This document shows positions 7,767 through 15,823 of a DNA stretch of 49,879 nt, in pieces. Under the pieces are notes generated by a model. That model saw only the letters and a program-made list of their open reading frames with translations, searched no databases and was not told where the DNA came from. The position numbers were made by a program, and so were the translations under genes. Within the stretch, counting starts at the first letter, position 1. Each line of letters starts with the position of its first letter. The DNA comes from Thermoanaerobaculia bacterium (lineage in GTDB: Bacteria; Acidobacteriota; Thermoanaerobaculia; Gp7-AA8), in NCBI GenBank assembly GCA_038230775.1, contig JBBRMQ010000001.1, forward strand, positions 1-49,879, in the 5' to 3' direction.

Positions 7767-9374
7767 ATGAAACGTTTCGTGCCTGCTCTCGCGTTCGTCG
7801 CGGGTCTGGTCCTCATTTACCTGCTGCTTCCGCAGTTCAACGCGGCGCAGCCGACGGGCATCCGTCTCACGCGCGGCGATGCCGCGCCGCATGCCGACGC
7901 CGCCGCGAAGCAGATCGGAATTCCCGTCGATCGATCGTGGACGTCGTTGACGTGGGTCGAGTCGCCGCTGCTCGACAAGGAGTTCGAGGGGCGACCCGAC
8001 CTCCGGCGTGCCGCGTCGACCGACCCCGTCCTCGGCCCGCGGCTCGGCGCGTATCGACGCGTTTACTACCGCAAGGACCTCGAGAAGTTTCCGCCGTACG
8101 GAACGGTCATCATCGATCGAAGGACCGGAGAAGTGCTTGGCGCGCGGCTTCAGCTGCGCAACGAGGAAGCCGGCGCGCAGCCGACCGAGGCGCAGTTGCG
8201 GGCGCGGGCCGATGAATTCGTGCAGTCGCGCACGTTCGGTGGCGCGCCGTCGTTCAAGTTTGAATCGGCGCGTCCCTTTGCTCTGCGCCTGCGGACCGAC
8301 CACACATTTCGCTACCGGGTCCATTCGAATTTTCCATCAGGCAACGTCGTGCCCTACCTCTATGTGTACTTCGCCGGAAACCGGTTCGCTGGCTGGCAAC
8401 TGGCGGAGGAGTACGCGGACGGCAGCGCCTATCGCGGCGAGACGGGGATCGGCACCATCATCGCGCGCTACGCCACATTTTTCGCGCTGCTGGTCGTGCT
8501 GCTGATCATCTTTCTCAAAAAATATCACGCGGGAGAAGTCGGGATCGGCACCGGATCGATGCTCTTCACCTGCATCGTTCTTCTCGCGATTGGCATCAAC
8601 GTGGCCATCGGATCCTCTGCCGCGGAGGGCAGCCAGACCGGCGGGCTCGACGCACAACAGACCTCGCTCCTCTACCTCGTTTTCAAGTTCATGTTGTACG
8701 ACCTCGTCATCGCGGTGCTGGTGTTTTTCGCCTGGGCCGTCGGCGAGAGCTACGCGCGCGAACGATGGGGCGATCGTCTCGCCTCGTTCGATTCGTTCCT
8801 GCGCCGCGATCCGTTGAATGCCACTGCAGGCCGCTCGGTGCTCAACGGCGTTCTGTTCGCTCCGGCTGTCGCGGCGGCGGCGTTCGTCGTCGGATTCATT
8901 CCGCTCGCGTTGAAGCTCGCGCATCTCACAACGGGAATCGGCGCGGACACCGAGCTCTATCTCGGCGGCCCGGCGTTGCTTCTGCTTTTCTCGGCGTTCG
9001 ACGCGGTCATCTATCCGATTCTCATGCTTTTCCTGCTGGCGGCAACGCATCGGCGGCGGGTGCTCTGGGCGGGCGGGCGTGCTGGCGATCGGGCTGGTCG
9101 GCATGATCGGATCGGTTTGCGATGTCCCGACCGATCCGTTCTCCATGCGCCTGCTCTTCGACTTCGGAGGGATGGCCACCGTCGTCGCCATCTTCCTCGG
9201 CTTCGATCTTCTGACGTCGGCAGTGGCGCTCTTCGGCGGCTCCCTGATCTCGCTGGCCGCGCCGCTGTTGTCCGTGGCGCAAGGGCACGAGCGTACCCAA
9301 CTGATCGTCGTTACGGTCGTCCCGCTGGCACTGGCAACCGCGTTCGCCATCGCCGCGCTCCTCACACGCCGTGA
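7767..9374 (+). CDS. N-terminal sensor/polytopic membrane portion of a SpoIIE-type phosphatase (frame becomes implausible after about 9060)
   Basis: It has a signal-anchor, a periplasmic domain of about 200 aa, and multiple TM helices up to ...YPILMLFLLAATHRRR. From about 9060 to the stop at 9374 the translation is R/G/D-rich and overlaps the next ORF by 296 nt. See the frameshift finding. Confidence 0.6.
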   Translation: MKRFVPALAFVAGLVLIYLLLPQFNAAQPTGIRLTRGDAAPHADAAAKQIGIPVDRSWTSLTWVESPLLDKEFEGRPDLRRAASTDPVLGPRLGAYRRVYYRKDLEKFPPYGTVIIDRRTGEVLGARLQLRNEEAGAQPTEAQLRARADEFVQSRTFGGAPSFKFESARPFALRLRTDHTFRYRVHSNFPSGNVVPYLYVYFAGNRFAGWQLAEEYADGSAYRGETGIGTIIARYATFFALLVVLLIIFLKKYHAGEVGIGTGSMLFTCIVLLAIGINVAIGSSAAEGSQTGGLDAQQTSLLYLVFKFMLYDLVIAVLVFFAWAVGESYARERWGDRLASFDSFLRRDPLNATAGRSVLNGVLFAPAVAAAAFVVGFIPLALKLAHLTTGIGADTELYLGGPALLLLFSAFDAVIYPILMLFLLAATHRRRVLWAGGRAGDRAGRHDRIGLRCPDRSVLHAPALRLRRDGHRRRHLPRLRSSDVGSGALRRLPDLAGRAAVVRGARARAYPTDRRYGRPAGTGNRVRHRRAPHTP

Positions 9375-10212
9375 AGTCGTGTACAGGTACGAAGATCTTG
9401 CGCCGCACGTGAAGCGCATCGTGGAGCGCGAGCGCGTGAAGGCGGAGATCGATGCCGCAAATCGGATTCAGGCCGCTCTGCTTCCCCTTCAGGCGCCGAA
9501 CCTCTCCGGTGCGTCGGTCGCATCGTCCTATCGCGCGGCGACCGAAATCGGCGGCGACTATTTCGACTTCCTTCCGTTAGGCCAGGGCGATGTAGGCATC
9601 GCGTTCGGCGACGTCGCCGGCCACGGTCTGACGAGCGGCATCGTGATGGCCATGGCGAAGGCGGCGCTGCTGGTGCAGGTGCGTCACGACGCATCGCCGC
9701 GCGCGGTCATGAACGCCCTCAACGACATCGTGATCCAGACCGCTCCGAAGCGGATGATGATGACGTTCTTCTTTGGCCTGCTGGATCCCTCGTCGCAACG
9801 GCTGCGCTTCTCGTCCGCGGGCCATCTCGATCCCTACGTTTTCCGCGCGCGCGATCGCCGTCTCGAGCCGCTCTCGTCCTGGGGATTCCCACTCGGCGTC
9901 CGTCGCCGGGATCCGTTCCGCGAGCACGACGTCGACTTCCTCCCCGGCGATCGCCTCATTCTCTATAGCGATGGGCTGATCGAGGCCATCGACGACGACG
10001 GCGAGCCCTTCGGCTTCGATCGTTTCGAGCGCACGCTGCTCGACTGCGGCCACCAATCCGCCGAAGAGATGAAGAAGAGCCTCCTCGGCTCGATCCGCAA
10101 GTTCACCAGGAACAGGCCGCCCGAGGATGATCAGACTCTAGTGATCGTCTCGTTCGAGGGCGTCGCGTCGAACGTTGCACCTGTTGGCGCCGCACTCGCA
10201 GCTGCGAACTAG
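9079..10212 (+). CDS. SpoIIE/PP2C family protein-serine/threonine phosphatase domain protein (C-terminal portion of the same gene)
   Basis: Three TM helices are followed by SpoIIE motifs: EIDAANRIQAALLP, EIGGDYFDF, AFGDVAGHGLTSG, FSSAGH, YSDGLIEA, and DDQTLV. Confidence 0.8.
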   Translation: MLAIGLVGMIGSVCDVPTDPFSMRLLFDFGGMATVVAIFLGFDLLTSAVALFGGSLISLAAPLLSVAQGHERTQLIVVTVVPLALATAFAIAALLTRREVVYRYEDLAPHVKRIVERERVKAEIDAANRIQAALLPLQAPNLSGASVASSYRAATEIGGDYFDFLPLGQGDVGIAFGDVAGHGLTSGIVMAMAKAALLVQVRHDASPRAVMNALNDIVIQTAPKRMMMTFFFGLLDPSSQRLRFSSAGHLDPYVFRARDRRLEPLSSWGFPLGVRRRDPFREHDVDFLPGDRLILYSDGLIEAIDDDGEPFGFDRFERTLLDCGHQSAEEMKKSLLGSIRKFTRNRPPEDDQTLVIVSFEGVASNVAPVGAALAAAN

Positions 10213-10218
10213 GGAGAA

Positions 10219-10316
10219 CGAGGAATGTTTAATGTTGAATGTTTAATGTTGAATGTTTAATGTTGAATGTAAAGGTCTGCATTTAACATTCAACATTCAA
10301 CATTCAACATTCCTCG
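10219..10316. repeat. AT-rich long hairpin built from AATGTT[T/G] heptamers
   Basis: The left arm holds about 6.7 heptamer units (10224-10270). The loop is AAAGGTCTGC. The right arm holds about 4.5 inverted units (10281-10316). The outer 11 bp, CGAGGAATGTT/AACATTCCTCG, pair perfectly. Confidence 0.85.
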
Positions 10317-10335
10317 TCTACCCTCCTCCCACCTC

Positions 10336-12012
10336 ATGGCCACCGCCGAACCCAACAAGATCATCTACTCGATGATCGGAGTCTCGAAGTTTCACGCGAA
10401 GAAGCAGGTCCTCAAAGACATCTATCTCTCGTATTTCTACGGCGCGAAGATCGGCGTCCTCGGTCTGAATGGATCGGGCAAGAGCTCGCTGCTCCGCATC
10501 CTTGCCGGCACCGACAAAGACTTCCTCGGCGAGACCGTTCTGTCGCCCGGGCACACCGTCGGATTCCTCGAACAGGAGCCGCAGCTCGATCCGACAAAGA
10601 CCGTCCTCGAGATCGTGCAGCAGGGCGTGCAGCCCGTCATCGACCTGCTCAAGGAGTTCGACGAGATCAACAACGCGTTCGGTGATGCCGACGCCGACAT
10701 GGACAAGCTGATGGACCGTCAGGCGAAGGTCCAGGACAAGCTCGACGCGGCCGGCGCGTGGGACCTCGACTCGAAGCTCGAGATGGCCATGGATGCGCTG
10801 CGCTGCCCGGCGGGCGACACTCTCGTCGGGACGTTATCGGGCGGTGAGAAGCGCCGCGTCGCGCTGTGCCGCCTCTTGTTGCAGCAACCCGGCATCCTGC
10901 TGCTCGACGAGCCGACGAATCACCTCGATGCCGAGTCGGTGGAGTGGCTCGAGAAGCATCTGCAGCAGTATCCCGGCACCGTCATCGCGGTCACCCACGA
11001 TCGCTATTTTCTCGATCACGTCGCGGGCTGGATCCTGGAGCTCGATCGCGGAGCCGGCATTCCGTTCAAAGGAAACTACACCTCGTGGTTGGAGCAGAAG
11101 AAGGGCCGCCTGCAACAGGAAGAGAAAGTGGAGTCGCAGCGACAGAAGACGCTCGAGCGCGAGCTGGAGTGGATTCAGATGTCGCCGAAGGGCCGCCATG
11201 CGAAGGGCAAGGCGCGCATCACCGCGTATGAAGATCTTCTGAGTCAGGAAACGCAGCAGAAGATTCAGGATCTCGAGATTTACATTCCGTCCGGACCGCG
11301 GCTCGGCAATGTGGTGGTCGAGGCCGACGACGTCACGAAGGCGTACGGCGAGAAGCTGCTGATTGATGACATGACGTTCGCGCTGCCGCCGGGCGGCATC
11401 GTCGGCGTGATCGGACCGAATGGTGCGGGCAAGACGACGCTCTTCCGCATGATCGTCGGAGAGGAGAAAGCCGACGAGGGAAAGATCCGGATCGGCGAGA
11501 CGGTCAAGATCGCGTACGTCGATCAGAACCGCCCGCTGGACGGCGACAAGTCGATCTTCGAGGAGATCTCGGGCGGCCTGGACATCGTGCAACTCGGCAC
11601 GCGCGAGATGCCGTCGCGCGCGTACGTGGCGCGCTTCAATTTCTCCGGTCAGGATCAGCAGAAGAAAGTCGGAACGCTGTCGGGCGGTGAGCGCAACCGC
11701 GTGCATCTCGCGAAGGTGCTCAAGGAAGGCGCGAACGTCCTTCTGCTCGACGAGCCGACGAACGACCTCGACGTGAACACGATGCGCGCGCTGGAAGAAG
11801 CGCTCGAGAATTTCGCTGGATGCGCGATCGTGATCTCGCACGATCGCTGGTTCCTCGATCGAGTGGCGACGCACATCCTGGCCTTCGAGGGCGACAGTCG
11901 CGTGTACTGGTTCGACGGCAACTACAGCGAGTACGAAGAAGACAAGCGAAAGCGGCTGGGTGTCGAGGCCGCGGAACCCCATCGCATTCGTTATCGCCAG
12001 ATGACGAGGTAG
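10336..12012 (+). CDS. ettA: energy-dependent translational throttle protein EttA (ABC-F)
   Basis: 558 aa, collinear with E. coli EttA from memory. Shared motifs include GAKIGVLGLNGSGKSSLLRI, LSGGEKRRVALCRLLL, ITHDRYFLD, GNYSSWLEQK, MPSRAYVARFNF, and ISHDRWFLDR. Confidence 0.94.
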   Translation: MATAEPNKIIYSMIGVSKFHAKKQVLKDIYLSYFYGAKIGVLGLNGSGKSSLLRILAGTDKDFLGETVLSPGHTVGFLEQEPQLDPTKTVLEIVQQGVQPVIDLLKEFDEINNAFGDADADMDKLMDRQAKVQDKLDAAGAWDLDSKLEMAMDALRCPAGDTLVGTLSGGEKRRVALCRLLLQQPGILLLDEPTNHLDAESVEWLEKHLQQYPGTVIAVTHDRYFLDHVAGWILELDRGAGIPFKGNYTSWLEQKKGRLQQEEKVESQRQKTLERELEWIQMSPKGRHAKGKARITAYEDLLSQETQQKIQDLEIYIPSGPRLGNVVVEADDVTKAYGEKLLIDDMTFALPPGGIVGVIGPNGAGKTTLFRMIVGEEKADEGKIRIGETVKIAYVDQNRPLDGDKSIFEEISGGLDIVQLGTREMPSRAYVARFNFSGQDQQKKVGTLSGGERNRVHLAKVLKEGANVLLLDEPTNDLDVNTMRALEEALENFAGCAIVISHDRWFLDRVATHILAFEGDSRVYWFDGNYSEYEEDKRKRLGVEAAEPHRIRYRQMTR

Positions 12013-12240
12013 CGGCCCCCCTGTAGTTTCACCATCGAAACGGCTCCGTAACATCGGCCCATAAATCCGATTCAAAGAAGCGATAGCGGCTCTCCGCAAT
12101 TTTGAATTTGCAAGAGGTCGCCGTTTTGTAAGCAGAACGTTCACAACGACTTGTCGGATCGGCATGTCGGCTCTCCGCGTGCAGTGGTCGCGATCAGTTC
12201 CAAACCATCGACACAACCGCAACATAGGAGAATTTGAGAG

Positions 12241-15200
12241 ATGAGGACAGTTAAACGTCTTGCTCCGTTGTTCGCGGCTCTTCTTCTGATCGCCGTGCCG
12301 CTCGTCGCCCAGACGACCGCGGATCTCACGGGCCAGGTTACAACGGAAGGAAAGCCGCTCCCCGGCGTCACGGTGACGATTTCGTCGGCGACACTCCAGG
12401 GTGTTCGCACCACAATCACCGGCGAGAACGGGGGCTATCAGATTTCCGGCCTGCCGCCGGGCGACTACACCGTGAAGTTCGAGCTGTCGGGCCTGCAGCC
12501 GGTGACGAAGCATGTGCCGATGCAGCTCTCGCAGACGGCACGCGCCGACGCCGATCTCAAGGTCAGCGCGGTGACCGAGGCCATCACGGTCACGGCGAGC
12601 ACACCGTCGGTGCTCGAGACGCCGCAGGTCGCCGCGACCTTCACCTCAAAGCAGATGGAATCGCTGCCGGTTGCGCGTACCCCGATCGCCGCCGCGCTTC
12701 TCGCGCCCGGCGTCAACAACAACACGCTCTCCGCCAACCAGTTCTCCATCTCGGGGAGCCCGGGATACGACAACCTCGTCATGGTCAACGGCGTTGTCGT
12801 CACGGAGAACGTTCGCAGCCAGGTCCAGAACCTCTACATTGAAGATGCGGTGCAGGAGACCACCGTTCTCAGCGGAGCGATCTCCGCGGAGTACGGCCGC
12901 TTCACCGGCGGCGTGGTCAACTCCATTACGAAGTCGGGCGGCAACAACTTCAGCGGGTCGTTCCGGGACAGCTTGAGCAACCCGTCGTGGACCGGGCTGA
13001 CGCCGTACGTCGGCCAGGCCAAGCCCGTCGACCACCTCGACAAAGTGTTCGAGGAAACCCTCGGCGGCTACATGCTGAAGGACCGGCTGTGGTTCTTCGG
13101 CGCCGGTCGTCAGGCCAAGACGGGTGTGCAGCGCTCGACGACCGCGGTCACGTCGACGACGAACCCGTTCCGCAACCTTGCGGCGCTCAACTACACGAAC
13201 ACCACCGATCAGAAGCGCCTGGAAGGAAAGACTACCGGACAGATCACGCCGAAGCACAGCCTCGTCGCTTCGTACCTCCGTATCAAAGAGAACGAAGGCA
13301 ACAACGCATTCACGCCGATCTACGACGCGGCCAGCCTCGTGCAGCGCTCGCTGCCGAACGCTCTCTACTCGTACCATTACAACGGCGTGATCAACTCGAA
13401 CACGCTCCTCGAAGCGCAGTACTCCCGCCGCACGTTCGCGTTCGTCAATAGCGGCTCGACTTTCACGGATCTCGTGAAGGGAACGCTCCTTCTCGATCGC
13501 AGCACCAGCCCTAACACCCGATTCAACTCCCCGACGTTCTGCGGGGTGTGCGCGACGGAGACCCGCGACAACGGCGAATACGTGGTCAAGGGCAACTACT
13601 ACCTGAACACCAAGGCCGTCGGCAACCACAACTTCGTCGGCGGTCTCGACAACTTCAAAGAGAAGCGCTTCGCCGAGAATCACCAGTCGGGAAGCGACTA
13701 TCGCATGTTCGTCACGACCGCGTTCTTCGACACCGCGGGCAAGATCTATCCGCAGTTCAACCCGTCGAACACCTTCATCCGCTGGACGCCGATCTTTCGC
13801 AAGGGATCGAACGACAAGATCACAACGCAGTCCGCATTCCTGAATGACAAGATCGACTTCAACCAGCACTGGAGCTTCAACCTCGGCGTTCGTTACGACA
13901 AGAACGACGCGCTCGACGCTGACGGAACGGTCGCCTCGAAGGACTCGGCGATCAGCCCGCGCCTGACAGCCATCTTCGATCCGTTCGCCAACGGACGTCA
14001 TCGCTTCACGGCTTCGTACAACCAGTACGCGTCGCGCATCGTCGAGGGCATCGCCACGTCGAATCAGAACGCCGGCAACCCCGGTGCGATCGACTACGCC
14101 TACAAAGGCGACATCATCAATCCGACCTCCAATCCGACCCAGACCCCGCTGGATCAGGCCATCACGCAGGCGTTCGCATGGTTCGCCAGCCAGTGTGGCG
14201 GCATCGTCAACGGCACGATCGACGCGAGCAAGTGCCCGTCGTCGCTGCTCCGTCCGGGCGGAGCGCGCAACATTCCGGGATACAACGCGGTGTTCGAGAA
14301 TCGTCTGAAGTCGCCGTCGGTCGGCGAGATTGCCCTCGGTTACGGCGCGCAGCTCGGCAACTCCGGATTTGCCAAGATCGATCTCATCAGCCGCAAGTGG
14401 AAGGACTTCTACGGCTCGCAGGTCCTGCAGTCGAATCCGAAGGCCAACACTCCTCTGGGCATCCCCGTCGACCTGCAGCGCATCATCAATACGAGCGACA
14501 TCAAGCGCTCCTACAAAGCCGTTCAGCTGCAGGGGCAGTGGAATCCGCACCGCTCACAGATCGGCCTCAATTACACGTGGTCGAAGCTGCGCGGCAATGA
14601 CGAAGGTGAGAACGCGGGCAGCGGCCCGATCGCGAACCTTCCCCTCGCGCAGTACTACCCCGAGTACGCCGGCTATTCGCAGCGCCTGCCGGAGGGTTAC
14701 CTGACGGCCGACCAGCGCCATCGTCTCCGCACCTGGTTCGCGTATGACGTGCTCGCGAGCCGTTACGGAAACCTCAATGCGTCGGTGCTCCAGTCGTATG
14801 ACTCCGGCCGTCCGTACGCCACCGTGTTCTCAGCCGACCTGCTCAATTACACGGGCGCACCGAAGCTGGCGGGATATGTTGGCGGCGGTCCGTCGACCGG
14901 CAACTACTACCTCTGCCGCGACTGCAATCGCACCGCTGGATCGACGCACACCGACGTGGCCCTCAATTACGCGCTGCCGATCTCGCGCGCGCAGCTCTTC
15001 ATTCGCGCGACGGTCACGAACCTCTTCGACGAGCACGCGCTCGTCGGCTACGACACCGGCCGCGCCGCGGCGACGGGCATTCTCTCGCTGGGTACGCAGG
15101 TGCAAGCGGCTGGCAACGCCGCCGGATTCACAGCGTTCAACCCGTTCACGACCACTCCGGTCGCGGGGACGAACTACGCGAAGGCCTCGAACTTCGGTCA

Positions 15201-15267
15201 GGCCACCGCCTTCACGGCCTTCCAGGTCGCCCGCACGTACGGCGGTTCGGTGGGCATCCGCTTCTAG
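12241..15267 (+). CDS. TonB-dependent receptor with N-terminal carboxypeptidase-regulatory-like domain
   Basis: 1008 aa with a signal peptide. It has a CarboxypepD_reg motif (GKPLPGVTVTISS...TGENGGYQISGLPPGDYTVKF), a plug region, and a long beta-barrel ending in a terminal F. AGGAGA SD lies upstream. Confidence 0.9.
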   Translation: MRTVKRLAPLFAALLLIAVPLVAQTTADLTGQVTTEGKPLPGVTVTISSATLQGVRTTITGENGGYQISGLPPGDYTVKFELSGLQPVTKHVPMQLSQTARADADLKVSAVTEAITVTASTPSVLETPQVAATFTSKQMESLPVARTPIAAALLAPGVNNNTLSANQFSISGSPGYDNLVMVNGVVVTENVRSQVQNLYIEDAVQETTVLSGAISAEYGRFTGGVVNSITKSGGNNFSGSFRDSLSNPSWTGLTPYVGQAKPVDHLDKVFEETLGGYMLKDRLWFFGAGRQAKTGVQRSTTAVTSTTNPFRNLAALNYTNTTDQKRLEGKTTGQITPKHSLVASYLRIKENEGNNAFTPIYDAASLVQRSLPNALYSYHYNGVINSNTLLEAQYSRRTFAFVNSGSTFTDLVKGTLLLDRSTSPNTRFNSPTFCGVCATETRDNGEYVVKGNYYLNTKAVGNHNFVGGLDNFKEKRFAENHQSGSDYRMFVTTAFFDTAGKIYPQFNPSNTFIRWTPIFRKGSNDKITTQSAFLNDKIDFNQHWSFNLGVRYDKNDALDADGTVASKDSAISPRLTAIFDPFANGRHRFTASYNQYASRIVEGIATSNQNAGNPGAIDYAYKGDIINPTSNPTQTPLDQAITQAFAWFASQCGGIVNGTIDASKCPSSLLRPGGARNIPGYNAVFENRLKSPSVGEIALGYGAQLGNSGFAKIDLISRKWKDFYGSQVLQSNPKANTPLGIPVDLQRIINTSDIKRSYKAVQLQGQWNPHRSQIGLNYTWSKLRGNDEGENAGSGPIANLPLAQYYPEYAGYSQRLPEGYLTADQRHRLRTWFAYDVLASRYGNLNASVLQSYDSGRPYATVFSADLLNYTGAPKLAGYVGGGPSTGNYYLCRDCNRTAGSTHTDVALNYALPISRAQLFIRATVTNLFDEHALVGYDTGRAAATGILSLGTQVQAAGNAAGFTAFNPFTTTPVAGTNYAKASNFGQATAFTAFQVARTYGGSVGIRF

Positions 15268-15291
15268 TCAACTCCGCATTGGTTGTTTGAG

Positions 15292-15317
15292 CCCCGGCTT
15301 CGGCCGGGGCTTTTTTC
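15292..15317 (+). terminator. Rho-independent terminator
   Basis: GCCCCGGC-TTCG-GCCGGGGC is followed by TTTTTT, 25 nt after the receptor stop. Confidence 0.8.
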
Positions 15318-15427
15318 TACCCCGTTCGTTTCCGCGCTGGTGTTGCCCGAGCAGGATGAAATCGGGCCACTGCCGAGCGAGTGGTTTGTGCGATATCTGC
15401 GTGAACGCGGACTGGGGCGGTAGCCCC

Positions 15428-15480
15428 GAGTGGGGGCCAGCCCTCTGGCTGGCCGGCCAGCCGGAGGGCTGGCCCCACAC
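15428..15480. repeat. REP-like palindromic element, type U (head-to-head pair)
   Basis: GAGTGGGGGCCAGCCCTCTGGCTGGCC is immediately followed by its inverse GGCCAGCCGGAGGGCTGGCCCCACAC. The same unit recurs at 29920-30005 and 37046-37142. Confidence 0.85.
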
Positions 15481-15823
15481 CTCGGCTCCGCCGCAAATCA
15501 AAATCGGTAGGGCTTTTCTCCGCTGTTCGCGAACTCAAGTCCGACTCCCAATCGCATCCAAACCAATACCGCATGTAACCCCTGCAAATTCATCCTTCCG
15601 AACGTCTTCCACCACATTTCCGAAGCGGTTCGTCCCACACAACAGCGATTTGTCACGTAAGCGCTTGATTCCACACCGCGTGTCGAAGTGGCCCCGATGG
15701 CCAGAACAATGCTTTACCGTACAGTGACTTTTCCTACACAAACGGAAACATCAGTCCAGGAAAAGACGGCGGAAACCCCTCCGTCGCGTTCTCGCATTCA
15801 ATCGATCTAACCGAGGAGGAGAG

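Noticed and set aside
10219-10316. Possible CRISPR array or other spacer-containing repeat array at the heptamer/octamer repeat loci (2865, 3348, 10219, 25988).
   Set aside because: The units are only 7-8 nt long and directly abutting, with no spacers. The arrays are under 50 nt long, are paired with inverted copies, and have no cas genes nearby.
12087-12178. An 11-nt direct repeat CGGCTCTCCGC (12087-12097 and 12168-12178) upstream of the first TonB-dependent receptor, considered as a regulator binding site. A cobalamin or other riboswitch in the 228-nt leader was also considered.
   Set aside because: A single short GC-rich repeat could arise by chance in this composition. No B12-box or other riboswitch core was recognisable.
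10834-12513. 559-aa minus-strand ORF antisense to ettA. Similar long antisense ORFs occur at 12646..14550, 16196..17899, 23889..25508, 26563..27594, 28550..29662, 45017..46258, 21804..22742 and 42734..43444.
   Set aside because: All of them mirror strongly supported genes on the opposite strand. Their composition is Arg/Asp/His/Gly-rich and low in complexity, and I recognise no motifs. Long stop-free antisense frames are expected in GC-rich DNA.
14744-15727. The recurrent peptide GQPEGWPHT appears in three unrelated ORFs (14744..15727, 29770..30480, 37040..37780), suggesting a shared protein domain.
   Set aside because: It is the translation of the U-type REP unit in intergenic DNA, not a coding domain.
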